Virus record (IMG/VR): IMGVR_UViG_3300048576_000445
Span: 1-39,726 of that record
DNA: 39,726 bases
Direction: 5' to 3' (one strand)
Origin: a virus
Lineage: Duplodnaviria; Caudoviricetes
The notes beneath the pieces were generated by a model that was given only the letters and a program-made list of their open reading frames with translations, searched no databases and had not been told where the DNA came from. A program made the position numbers and the translations under genes. This document shows positions 18,581 to 26,648 of this stretch, piece by piece; positions within the stretch are counted from its first letter, which is position 1; each line of letters opens with the position of its first letter.

Positions 18581-18994
18581 TCAATCGTCGAAATCGATTT
18601 TCCCCTGGCGGCGCTCGAATTCCGCCCGGCGAACGGCAGCGACGATCTGGTCGATGCGCATTTCAGTCACCCCGAATTCGCGCGCCAGCTCGCGCTTGTT
18701 GCGGCCGTTGAATCGCTCGAAAATCTCGCGGTCCCGCTGGCTCAACTTCAAGGCCAACCCCTTCGGCAAATAGAACTGGCCGCCGCCGCAGCGCAGCGCG
18801 ACCCGGTCGACCTGCTCGACGACGATTGCAGCAAGGCGCTCCCTGCCGAGCACCTGCACTGCCTCAGCATCCTCGACGAGCGCCAGGTACATCTGCTCGG
18901 CCATATCAACCAGCGTCGCGTGCAGGCCATCCGGCAAGGCCTCATGCAGCACGCCCAGGTGCTTGCCGTCATCAGCGCTGAACAGATCAGCCAT
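18581..18994 (-). CDS. mor: Mor/C family late transcription activator (137 aa from ATG 18994)
   Basis: GGGQFYLPKG...RDREIFERFNGRNKRELAREFGVTEMRIDQIV is the Mor signature; AGGAG RBS. Confidence 0.92.
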   Translation of the reverse strand: MADLFSADDGKHLGVLHEALPDGLHATLVDMAEQMYLALVEDAEAVQVLGRERLAAIVVEQVDRVALRCGGGQFYLPKGLALKLSQRDREIFERFNGRNKRELAREFGVTEMRIDQIVAAVRRAEFERRQGKIDFDD

Positions 18995-19418
18995 GCTCGG
19001 TCTCCTTCTTGTCTTCACCGCGCGCAAGCCAGCGCTTGAGGCGCTCGATGGCGTTGTGCTCTTGCGGCCAGGTAAGAAACTGGATGTCGTCGACGCTGTA
19101 CTGAGCCTTGATCCAGCCCTGCAGGCCGCCCATGCTGCGATCGTTGATCCGGCCGGCGTCGGCAAGCTGCTGCCAGCACGACCACAGCTTTTTCTGCATC
19201 GGCGTGAGCTGCCGCCGCTGCCCGGCCGGCGGCGCGATCTGCAGGCGATCGAACTCGGCGAGCACTGCCTTTGCCTTTGCAATGGTGCGAATCTGCGTCG
19301 AGCTGGCGACACCGGCTGTGCGCTGGAGAATCTCCCGGTAGGCCTCTTCGGAGAGCGTGTCCTTGGCCTTGTGCCGCCGGGTGCGGATCTGGGTGAGCAA
19401 GCGGTTGAGTTGTTCCAT
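18987..19418 (-). CDS. gemA: GemA / DUF1018 (Mu gp16-like, 143 aa)
   Basis: EEAYREILQRTAGVASS...QKKLWSCWQQL...IERLKRW pattern; canonical gemA-mor pairing. Confidence 0.85.
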   Translation of the reverse strand: MEQLNRLLTQIRTRRHKAKDTLSEEAYREILQRTAGVASSTQIRTIAKAKAVLAEFDRLQIAPPAGQRRQLTPMQKKLWSCWQQLADAGRINDRSMGGLQGWIKAQYSVDDIQFLTWPQEHNAIERLKRWLARGEDKKETEHG

Positions 19419-19429
19419 GGTCGCCGCTC

Positions 19430-19936
19430 TCAGACGATCGGCACGCTGAGGCCGGTGCGATCATGGATACGCCAGCGGATTACCTCGGCGGCCTCGTTGA
19501 CCAGGTGCTCGCTGCCGTCGCGCATCTTGACTGCAGTGGCGTTGAGGCCGGCGATCAACTCGACCACCGCAGCGTCGCTGACCAGCACAGCAGCCCCGGT
19601 CGAAAAATCGCTCAGCACCAGGTGCTCGCCCATCAAATGCGCCGAATTGCGCCGGCCATCGGACAAAGCGCCGGCGAAGCCACCGGGATAGCCGCGAAAC
19701 TCCTGCGCCTTCTGGACAAGAGCGGCAACCGCGCCCTCGATGCCCGGGAAGTCACCATTCGCGACCATGCCGCCGGTTTCGATATCCGAGACATCCCAGT
19801 AGCCGAGTGTTTCGCGAAATGTCCCAATCGCCCGGTGCAGCACCAGGCCGAAACTCGTCGCATAGCCGCGCACCGGCTCCAGGTTTCCCAGGTAGCGCGG
19901 GTTTTTAGCAGGGTGAAAGATGATTTCAGTGCGCAT
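19430..19936 (-). CDS. Hypothetical two-domain protein (168 aa); C-terminus FlbD/SwrD-like
   Basis: AGGAGAG RBS before ATG 19936; C-terminal LVLSDFSTGAAVLV...TAVKMRDGSEHLVNEAAEVI. Confidence 0.6.
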   Translation of the reverse strand: MRTEIIFHPAKNPRYLGNLEPVRGYATSFGLVLHRAIGTFRETLGYWDVSDIETGGMVANGDFPGIEGAVAALVQKAQEFRGYPGGFAGALSDGRRNSAHLMGEHLVLSDFSTGAAVLVSDAAVVELIAGLNATAVKMRDGSEHLVNEAAEVIRWRIHDRTGLSVPIV

Positions 19937-19946
19937 CGCATCTCTC

Positions 19947-20309
19947 CTACGGTTGGCCGAGGGCGCCGGACGTGGTGCGGTCCAGGCCACTGCGAACAGG
20001 CGATTCCACACAGCAACTGCACAGATCCCGCTCAACCCAGTGACAGCCATCGGGCCGGCAGGCCTTTTCCCAGGTGCAGCCACAGACGCGGCAGCGCTGC
20101 GAAAGGTCGGGGCGGATGGACCACTCTTCTTGCCCCAGGCCGATGCGCTCCAGGAACACCACGTCGACCTGCTGCAGCGCGCCGAAGATCTTCTCGGCAA
20201 GGCGGCGAGCCGCCTGCTCGGCGCCGCCGGTACAGGAGGCCGAGTGAGCGCCGAACTTAGCGGTGTAGGTGTTGTTCTTGTCGCGGACGGTGACAATGAT
20301 TTCAGTCAT
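19947..20309 (-). CDS. Cys-rich zinc-finger protein (120 aa)
   Basis: CRVCGCTWEKAC...GCHWVERDLCSCC; GGAGGA RBS before ATG 20309. Confidence 0.7.
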   Translation of the reverse strand: MTEIIVTVRDKNNTYTAKFGAHSASCTGGAEQAARRLAEKIFGALQQVDVVFLERIGLGQEEWSIRPDLSQRCRVCGCTWEKACRPDGCHWVERDLCSCCVESPVRSGLDRTTSGALGQP

Positions 20310-20490
20310 CAGAGGATTCCTCCGTGTATAGCTCGGGAATTGCCTCCTGAACCCGATTTGCAAGGGCGTCCAGGATGCATTCGTTACCGAAGTCGACGTC
20401 GCTCCAGTCGAGGCTCATCTCGCGCAATTCGTTTGCAATGCGCGCGAGGCAACGGCGCTGGCCGGCGGCGATCTGTTTTTTGGTGGCCAT
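20302..20490 (-). CDS. Hypothetical protein (62 aa)
   Basis: Fills the gap in a tightly packed operon; GGAGG upstream. Confidence 0.6.
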   Translation of the reverse strand: MATKKQIAAGQRRCLARIANELREMSLDWSDVDFGNECILDALANRVQEAIPELYTEESSDD

Positions 20491-20493
20491 CAG

Positions 20494-21186
20494 TCAGCCC
20501 TCCAACATGAGGGGAGAAGCGACGGCGCCGACCCCCTTGTTCAATTGAGCGTTGCGGCCGGCGGACAACCCGGCAGCGTGCGCCAGCTCGTCCTTATGGG
20601 AGAGCGAGCGCCCCTTGTTTCGATCAACGGCATCGACCGTGCCGAGCTTCTCGAACTTGGTGTCCATGTACGCCTGGATGGCTTCGCCGACGCCGTCGAT
20701 CGGCGTCAGCGGCGTAACGGCGTGACATGCCGTGCGGACCCAGCCTTCGCTGAACAAATCGGCCCGCCGCACCTTGTTCGCCTTCTTGAAGCGCTTGAGG
20801 TTCTCCGCCATGAAGGCCGCCCGCGCTTTTTTGGCCTGCCGGAACAGCACCTCGAAGGAATAGGCGGCGACGTCGTTCGCCGGCGGCAAGCCGATGAAGA
20901 CCCAGAGGCCCTCGTTCCAGCGCTCGCGGAACAGCAGCCGGCAGCCGAACACCTGAGCGATGCGCCCGGCAAGATGGTTCTCCCAGGCGGACGGGCGAGA
21001 AAGCACGCCGGCCTTCACCGCAACTTCCTTGATATCAATCGCCAGCATCTCGGCCTGACTGACCTGGTGCATTTCCATCAGCTTGCGTGCCTGGCGCAGC
21101 GCGGTTTCGGCTTCGTTCCCCGTCGCCGACGAGGCCATGGCCATGCACTTGCGGATCTTCTCCAGAATGTTTTCCCGGTCCGACAT
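20494..21186 (-). CDS. DUF2786-family protein (230 aa)
   Basis: ILEKIRKCMAMASS...EAETALRQARKLMEMH N-terminal signature. Confidence 0.82.
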   Translation of the reverse strand: MSDRENILEKIRKCMAMASSATGNEAETALRQARKLMEMHQVSQAEMLAIDIKEVAVKAGVLSRPSAWENHLAGRIAQVFGCRLLFRERWNEGLWVFIGLPPANDVAAYSFEVLFRQAKKARAAFMAENLKRFKKANKVRRADLFSEGWVRTACHAVTPLTPIDGVGEAIQAYMDTKFEKLGTVDAVDRNKGRSLSHKDELAHAAGLSAGRNAQLNKGVGAVASPLMLEG

Positions 21187-21455
21187 CACGCACCTCCCGT
21201 CGTATCGATGTCGCCGCGGCCGGCGCGGTCCAATCGCTCAAGCCCGGCCAGCGCATCAAACACAACACCATCGGCGCCCATGTCCCGGCCAACCGCATGG
21301 CCGTAGAAGATCCCGGCGAACACCGGCAGCAGGCAGAAGATGATGAAGGCAGCGACGATCTTCCAGGCCTCGAGTTCAACGCCAGCCATGATCCAGACCA
21401 GCCAGCCCATCACCACCGCCAGCGGCAGCAGTTCAGCTTTCATCCAGTGCTTCAT
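21186..21455 (-). CDS. Small membrane protein, two predicted TM helices (89 aa)
   Basis: Two hydrophobic stretches; overlaps both neighbours. Confidence 0.65.
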   Translation of the reverse strand: MKHWMKAELLPLAVVMGWLVWIMAGVELEAWKIVAAFIIFCLLPVFAGIFYGHAVGRDMGADGVVFDALAGLERLDRAGRGDIDTTGGA

Positions 21456-21988
21456 TTCGCGCCCTCCATCGTTGCCAGTTCAGCCTCGAACGGCATCACC
21501 ATGAAATCCTCGCCCTGGCTGATCGAGATGCCGGGCACCGTGGCCACGGCCTTCGGTTCATTCAGGATGGCCTCTTTGTTCACCTCATCCTTGCTGCGAA
21601 TGAAGCGTTTGAGCCCCAGGCGGCGCAACGCATCCAGAACCGCGTCAGCGCCGGTGATGCGCACGCTGGGCGGGCGCAGCCGCCAGACCAGCTCGCCAGT
21701 GGTGAGCTGCGCGGTCTTGACCTTGCCGCCCTGGGTCAAGGCGGCGCGGTTCGCCTCGGCCCAGGTCTGCACGCCGGTGGTCAGCGCCTGCAATTGCTGG
21801 CGCAGTGGATCGGCGTTGCTTTCATGGCGAGCCTTCACGGCCGCCAGCTCGTCGTTCATGTCCGCCTCGAGGCGGGACAGATCACGGTTGATGCTGCCGA
21901 TCAGCGCGATGGCATCGGCGGCGGCCTCCCTGGACTGCGGCACATTGACGGCAACAGCAGGGTTTTTAAGTCGGGTTTTCTTGGCCAT
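21452..21988 (-). CDS. gam: Mu Gam-like host-nuclease inhibitor (178 aa)
   Basis: VPQSREAAADAIALIG...GKVKTAQLTTGELVWRLRPPSV...FIRSKDEVNKEAIL...VPGISI. Confidence 0.92.
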   Translation of the reverse strand: MAKKTRLKNPAVAVNVPQSREAAADAIALIGSINRDLSRLEADMNDELAAVKARHESNADPLRQQLQALTTGVQTWAEANRAALTQGGKVKTAQLTTGELVWRLRPPSVRITGADAVLDALRRLGLKRFIRSKDEVNKEAILNEPKAVATVPGISISQGEDFMVMPFEAELATMEGAK

Positions 21989-21996
21989 GGTGGCTC

Positions 21997-22317
21997 CTAG
22001 GATTTGCGGTAGTAGCGGTAATTGAGAAACTCGCCGACCTTGAAAATCTCACCCCTTTGCTGCAGGTGAGTCAGGGTGGCGGAGAGGCCGTGGTCGGCGT
22101 AGGGAATATCGGGAATCAGCGCGCGGATTTCGGATTTGGTGATCGCCGCCTCGGCGCCGATCGGCAGGCGCTGGCGCAGGGCGTCGGTCAAACCGGTGGC
22201 CCGGTGAGACAGCCCGCGATCCTTGCGCAGTTGCCAGGCCGCTTTCTGGCGCTGTTCTTCTTCAGTCATCTTGGTTGCGTGATCGGCGATCGCAGCGAGT
22301 TGACTCACCAGGTTCAT
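21997..22317 (-). CDS. Putative winged-helix DNA-binding protein (106 aa from ATG 22317)
   Basis: ITKSEIRAL...LSATLTHLQQRGEIFKVG...YRYY; GGAGG RBS. Confidence 0.6.
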   Translation of the reverse strand: MNLVSQLAAIADHATKMTEEEQRQKAAWQLRKDRGLSHRATGLTDALRQRLPIGAEAAITKSEIRALIPDIPYADHGLSATLTHLQQRGEIFKVGEFLNYRYYRKS

Positions 22318-23090
22318 GCGACACCTCCCGTCATCACCTTCAGATGCAGGTCGACAACCCTCTTCTCCAGGCGCCGGCTGATACGCGGCTTGAGCACTGG
22401 CTCGCCGTCCTCGAGGACAACTTCCGGCCCCAGCGCCTCGACGATCCGGGCGGCCGGCGTCAACTCGTCGCGCAACTGACGAATCAGCCTGCGAGCGGGC
22501 GCGGCGGACACCAGCGCCTCGTCCGAGACGATCAGCCGCTTGTACAGGCAGTCGACATCCGCCGCGTGCCGCACCGTGATCTTGTCCCGACTCAACTGCA
22601 GCGCCGGCGTCTTGGCGCCGAGCTGCAGGGCGATATAGCCCTTGGTGAAGCCGGCACCGATGAGCTTGTCGATCAGCTGCCACGACCGCGCCGCCGACAC
22701 CAGGGCGTGATCCGCCGCCACCTCGGGCGTGACGGCCAGAATCAGCCGCTCGGTCCGGGCCCGGATGTTGCGCCGCTTGCCGCTGCGGATTTCAACCAGG
22801 ATCGTCTCGGCGATATCCGTGGCATCAGCGACCGCCCGCCGGCCGACGCCGAGGCGAGAGAGACGGTTGAGGTGCTGGCGCGCATGACACGCGGGGACGA
22901 TGCCATTCCAGTCGCCGTTCTTGCGCGCTTCGTTGCGGCCGCGCTCGTAATCGGCGTTGACCTTGCGGCACAGGTCGCATCGGCAGCCGCCGATGTAGCG
23001 CATGCGGCTGCCGTGCGGCTTGTCTTCGGCCAGTTGCGCAGCGGGTTTGAGCCCACGCCGGGCCATGGCGGTCAGTTCAGGCTGGCGCAT
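22314..23090 (-). CDS. Zn-motif plus HTH-like DNA-binding protein (258 aa from ATG 23090)
   Basis: HGSRMRYIGGCRCDLC; two HTH-like segments (GVGRRAVADATDIAETILVEIRSG; GFTKGYIALQLG); GGGAGG RBS. Confidence 0.7.
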   Translation of the reverse strand: MRQPELTAMARRGLKPAAQLAEDKPHGSRMRYIGGCRCDLCRKVNADYERGRNEARKNGDWNGIVPACHARQHLNRLSRLGVGRRAVADATDIAETILVEIRSGKRRNIRARTERLILAVTPEVAADHALVSAARSWQLIDKLIGAGFTKGYIALQLGAKTPALQLSRDKITVRHAADVDCLYKRLIVSDEALVSAAPARRLIRQLRDELTPAARIVEALGPEVVLEDGEPVLKPRISRRLEKRVVDLHLKVMTGGVA

Positions 23091-23392
23091 ACATCCTCCC
23101 ATTCGATACGGATGCCCCAGCGGTCCGCGAACCAGGTATGGATCGTCAAGGCGCCGTCGTGGCGTTGCTTGAGCCAGGTTGCATCGCGAAACAGCGTGGT
23201 CAGGTAAGGACTGGCGGCGACCGTGACGACGATGCGGTCGCCGCCGGCGGCATTGCGCCAGCCGCAGAAGCCGATCACGTAGACGCCGTGCTGCAGCAGG
23301 TAGATGACCACCTTGAGCAGGCCGGTGATCGTGCGGATGGCGTGAGTTACCGCCAGTTCGCGGGGGGATTTCTCCGGGGTTACGGCAACCAT
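23072..23392 (-). CDS. Hypothetical early protein (106 aa)
   Basis: GGGAG RBS, packed in operon, phage-like codon usage. Confidence 0.65.
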   Translation of the reverse strand: MVAVTPEKSPRELAVTHAIRTITGLLKVVIYLLQHGVYVIGFCGWRNAAGGDRIVVTVAASPYLTTLFRDATWLKQRHDGALTIHTWFADRWGIRIEWEDVCASLN

Positions 23393-23682
23393 GATCTACT
23401 CCCTTCCAAGCAACTCAAGGCGCGGCGAAGTTCGTGATAACCATCTCGGGTCGCGTCGGCAAAGATCGCCAGCGTTGGCCAATTCGCGTGAAAACCGATC
23501 AGCTCGTCCTTTTTAAAACTGCTGAAAACAATCGTTTTCAACGAAACGTCATCGCCGTAAGCATGAAGTGGGAATTTGGTCCTAGTGCGCACCGAGAATT
23601 CGGCCAACACGGATATTTCTTTGGAATTTCGAACACGCGATGGGTCGAGTTCAAGGACTATTGGTTCTGGCGTCTTGAGCAT
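23380..23682 (-). CDS. Hypothetical AT-rich accessory protein (100 aa from ATG 23682)
   Basis: Starts just after the B stop codon; visibly AT-richer than neighbours. Confidence 0.55.
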   Translation of the reverse strand: MLKTPEPIVLELDPSRVRNSKEISVLAEFSVRTRTKFPLHAYGDDVSLKTIVFSSFKKDELIGFHANWPTLAIFADATRDGYHELRRALSCLEGSRSWLP

Positions 23683-23684
23683 GA

Positions 23685-24875
23685 TCAGCACCCCCGAATC
23701 ACTTGCGCATCGACCTTCTCCCAGCCGGCGCCGGCCGCTGCGTTCATGGCGCGGCAAACCAGGTTGTTGACCGCCAGCGGGTAGCACAGGCTGATCGCGT
23801 CCGACGCCTTTGCGCCGCGCGGCACGCGGATCAGGCGCTCGCGCAGGGCGTCGTAGGCATCGGCGGCGATGACCTCATCAACCTTGACGCCGATGCGCTC
23901 GAACTTGTGCTTGAGGTAGCTCTCAAGGTCGTTGTCGAGCGGCAGCAGCTCGATGGTTTCGCAGCGCTGCACCACTTCGCGCACCTCGGGCGATTTGTCC
24001 GAGAGCAGGTTCAGCAGCTCGGGCTGGCCGATCAGGCAGATGCCGAGCAGTCGGCTCAGGCCCTGACGCAGTTCCAGGAAGCGCTTGAGGTGCTTGAGCG
24101 TGGTCTTCGGCATGCAGTGCGCTTCCTCGATCACCACCAGGTGGCTGTAACCGGCGGCACGGCTGGCCTTGAGCATGTTTTCGAGCTGGTTGAATCGGCC
24201 GTCCGGTGTGCGCTTGACCGTGGCGCTCGGGTCCAGCGTGCGGATGCACGCCTCGGCGATCGCCGCGCTCTTGAGCGTGCGGCCCTTGGTATCGTCGGCT
24301 TCCATGGCCAGGACGTAGGGCCGGATGATGACGACCTGCCGACCCTCGGCGAAGATGCGTTCCTCCAGCTCGCAGGCGAGCGTCGACTTGCCGGCGCCGG
24401 ATTCGCCGACGATGGCCACAAAGCCATGGTTCAGCGCGGCGTCGAGCAGCGCCGCCCGCACATAGCGGGTGTTGGCGCTGGCGAAGACGTCGTCGCGGGT
24501 GCGCACGTCATCGACGAACGGCGAGCGCGCCAGGCCGAACTGCTGCTTTGCCTGCAGGCTCAATGCTTCGTAACGTAGTAACATCACTTCCTCCTGATCA
24601 GATTCAATTGCTGCGTTTGCTTCGGGAACGGCCTCGGCGTGTTGGCGCACGTCCGGGGCCATCGTTTTTGCTGCGGTAAAAAGGTTTTCCAGCGCCGCGC
24701 GGTCGACGCCGTGTTGCGCCAGAAAATCGACGATCCGGCGCGGCGCATCGGTATCGCGCACCGGCAGCGTGCCGTCGGCGATCAGGCGGTGCAGGGCGCC
24801 GCGGGAAAGACGGGCGCCGGCGCCCAGGGCGGATTGCGAAATACCGGAGGACTGGAGCAGGTTGCGGAGCATCAT
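23685..24875 (-). CDS. Transposition ATPase B (MuB/ExeA-like AAA+) with N-terminal HTH (396 aa)
   Basis: Walker A GESGAGKS, Walker B VVIEEAH, LIGQPEL...EVVQRC; directly after transposase. Confidence 0.92.
   Translation of the reverse strand: MMLRNLLQSSGISQSALGAGARLSRGALHRLIADGTLPVRDTDAPRRIVDFLAQHGVDRAALENLFTAAKTMAPDVRQHAEAVPEANAAIESDQEEVMLLRYEALSLQAKQQFGLARSPFVDDVRTRDDVFASANTRYVRAALLDAALNHGFVAIVGESGAGKSTLACELEERIFAEGRQVVIIRPYVLAMEADDTKGRTLKSAAIAEACIRTLDPSATVKRTPDGRFNQLENMLKASRAAGYSHLVVIEEAHCMPKTTLKHLKRFLELRQGLSRLLGICLIGQPELLNLLSDKSPEVREVVQRCETIELLPLDNDLESYLKHKFERIGVKVDEVIAADAYDALRERLIRVPRGAKASDAISLCYPLAVNNLVCRAMNAAAGAGWEKVDAQVIRGC
24627..24666. promoter_or_regulatory. Intragenic hairpin upstream of an internal RBS in gene B
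   Basis: GGCCTCGGCGTG-TTGGCG-CACGTCCGGGGCC; AGGAGG-5nt-ATG at 24584. Confidence 0.5.
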
Positions 24876-26647
24876 TCACCTCCCACCACGCGCAGGCTGG
24901 CGCGCATCGTGAGTCGCTGCTGCAGGCCATCCAGTTCGGATTCCGGGACACCGTCCGGATACCAGCCCGCGACCAGTCGATTCTTTTCGGCATCCATCTT
25001 CACGCCGCGGCGGCTCAGTTCGGCGGCTGCTTCGAAGCCGGACAAGGAGCGCTCCGCCGCGGCCGGCGCCCGGGTGGCGACATCGAGGGCGGTGCCGCGG
25101 CGCGGCAACACGGCCGGCAGGTCGGTATCGTTGATGCGCTTCATCGCGTCAATGCGACCGCCGAACGGCAGCGCCTTGGCCTTCTTGGCGGCTTCGATTT
25201 CCGCTTCGGTCTCGACGCCGTACAAGGTGCGATCGACATCCCGGCGATTGACGTCGGCGATCGTCTCGACCTGCCTGGACCAGTCCTCGCCGATGCGGTT
25301 TGCAGTCGTCGCAAAGCCGGCGGCGTCCTTGGTGACCAGGGGCGCTTCGAACAGCATCTCGTTACCGTCGGCGTCGTGATCGACCACGAACACCGCATCA
25401 TCGCGGTACGGGTTGTAGGTGACCTTCAGCTTCTCGCCCACCATCACCCGCGGCACGGCGGACACGTCCCAGCGGCGATCCTGGCCGCCGAACTTGACGC
25501 GCAAGTAGTCATCGACCGTGCGCAGCTCGGGCTCATGCGTCAGCAGCATGCGACACATCTCCGGCGATGGCGCAATGCGGAGCTGCTCCGGGGTGATGGT
25601 CAGCCACTGGTTGAGGCGCGTCATGCCGTGGCGCGAATGTTCCCGCGTGGCGTTGTACCAGATGGCCCACTTCTGGGCGCGCTGATTCAACGCTTCCAGG
25701 TCATGCACCGGCGTGAAACGCAGCGTGGTTTCAAAGCTGCGCTCGATGATGTTGCGCGCACATTCAACCTGCCCCGTGGCCCGCGCATTGCCCGACTTGT
25801 GCACCAATATCTTGACCTGCAGGCGGCGTGCCAGGTTGGCGATCGATCCGCTGGTCGGGGCGCTCCCCGGGTCCATCATCAGGTAATACGGCACGCCGTG
25901 GATCGGATCGCCCGGGCGCTGGCAGATCGCCTTGATGAACGATTCGGCCAGGTTGACGCTGGACTCGGCGCCGAGCACGTAATTGACGAAGATGGCGCCG
26001 GAGTTGTGGTCGGTGGTCTCGTAGGACCAGACGCGATCGTTCTCGATGCGCTTCACGTTGGCCGGCTTGTTCTTGTAGAACCGGTCGTACTCCATCACCT
26101 GCAGGCCGCTTTCCTGCGCGGTACGGGCATTCAGGTAGTAGAGCACGCACAGGCTGGCGTCGATCTGCCAGGCGTAATTGGGGTGCGGACTGGACAGTTC
26201 GACAGCCGGCGCCGGCCGCAGCAGTTGATCCGGGTGCAACCGGTAGGTGCGCAGGGCACGGATGATGGTGCTGGTAGAGAGCTGGAACACCTCACCGGTG
26301 TCGGGGTCGATGCGCTCGCAGCGGATTTCGCCGTTGGCGCGCATCGTATCGACGGCGTCATCGATCGACAGCAGGCGCTTGGTGGCGGACTTGCGCAGCG
26401 AGGCCATCAGCGCGGCGCTGATGATCAGGGCTTCGTCTCGGGTGACGTTGGTGGCGCCGGCATCGGACCGGCGCTTGCGATCGGGCTTCACGGTGACTTC
26501 TTTCAAGGCGCGCAGCAGGGTGGGTTTAGACAAGGCAAGTTCGGCGCATGCGGCGTCGTAGATCGCCCCTTTTTTTCCATGCCCGGCCGCCGCGGCAGCA
26601 GCGGCAATGGCGACCAGGCGTTGTGTCAAGGCGGCGCTGCGGGCCAT
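24872..26647 (-). CDS. DDE transposase A (591 aa from ATG 26647)
   Basis: WQIDAS / MMDPGS / GQVECARN catalytic triad; N-terminal HTH and KRRSDAG motif; AGGGGA RBS. Confidence 0.93.
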   Translation of the reverse strand: MARSAALTQRLVAIAAAAAAAGHGKKGAIYDAACAELALSKPTLLRALKEVTVKPDRKRRSDAGATNVTRDEALIISAALMASLRKSATKRLLSIDDAVDTMRANGEIRCERIDPDTGEVFQLSTSTIIRALRTYRLHPDQLLRPAPAVELSSPHPNYAWQIDASLCVLYYLNARTAQESGLQVMEYDRFYKNKPANVKRIENDRVWSYETTDHNSGAIFVNYVLGAESSVNLAESFIKAICQRPGDPIHGVPYYLMMDPGSAPTSGSIANLARRLQVKILVHKSGNARATGQVECARNIIERSFETTLRFTPVHDLEALNQRAQKWAIWYNATREHSRHGMTRLNQWLTITPEQLRIAPSPEMCRMLLTHEPELRTVDDYLRVKFGGQDRRWDVSAVPRVMVGEKLKVTYNPYRDDAVFVVDHDADGNEMLFEAPLVTKDAAGFATTANRIGEDWSRQVETIADVNRRDVDRTLYGVETEAEIEAAKKAKALPFGGRIDAMKRINDTDLPAVLPRRGTALDVATRAPAAAERSLSGFEAAAELSRRGVKMDAEKNRLVAGWYPDGVPESELDGLQQRLTMRASLRVVGGE

Positions 26648-26648
26648 G

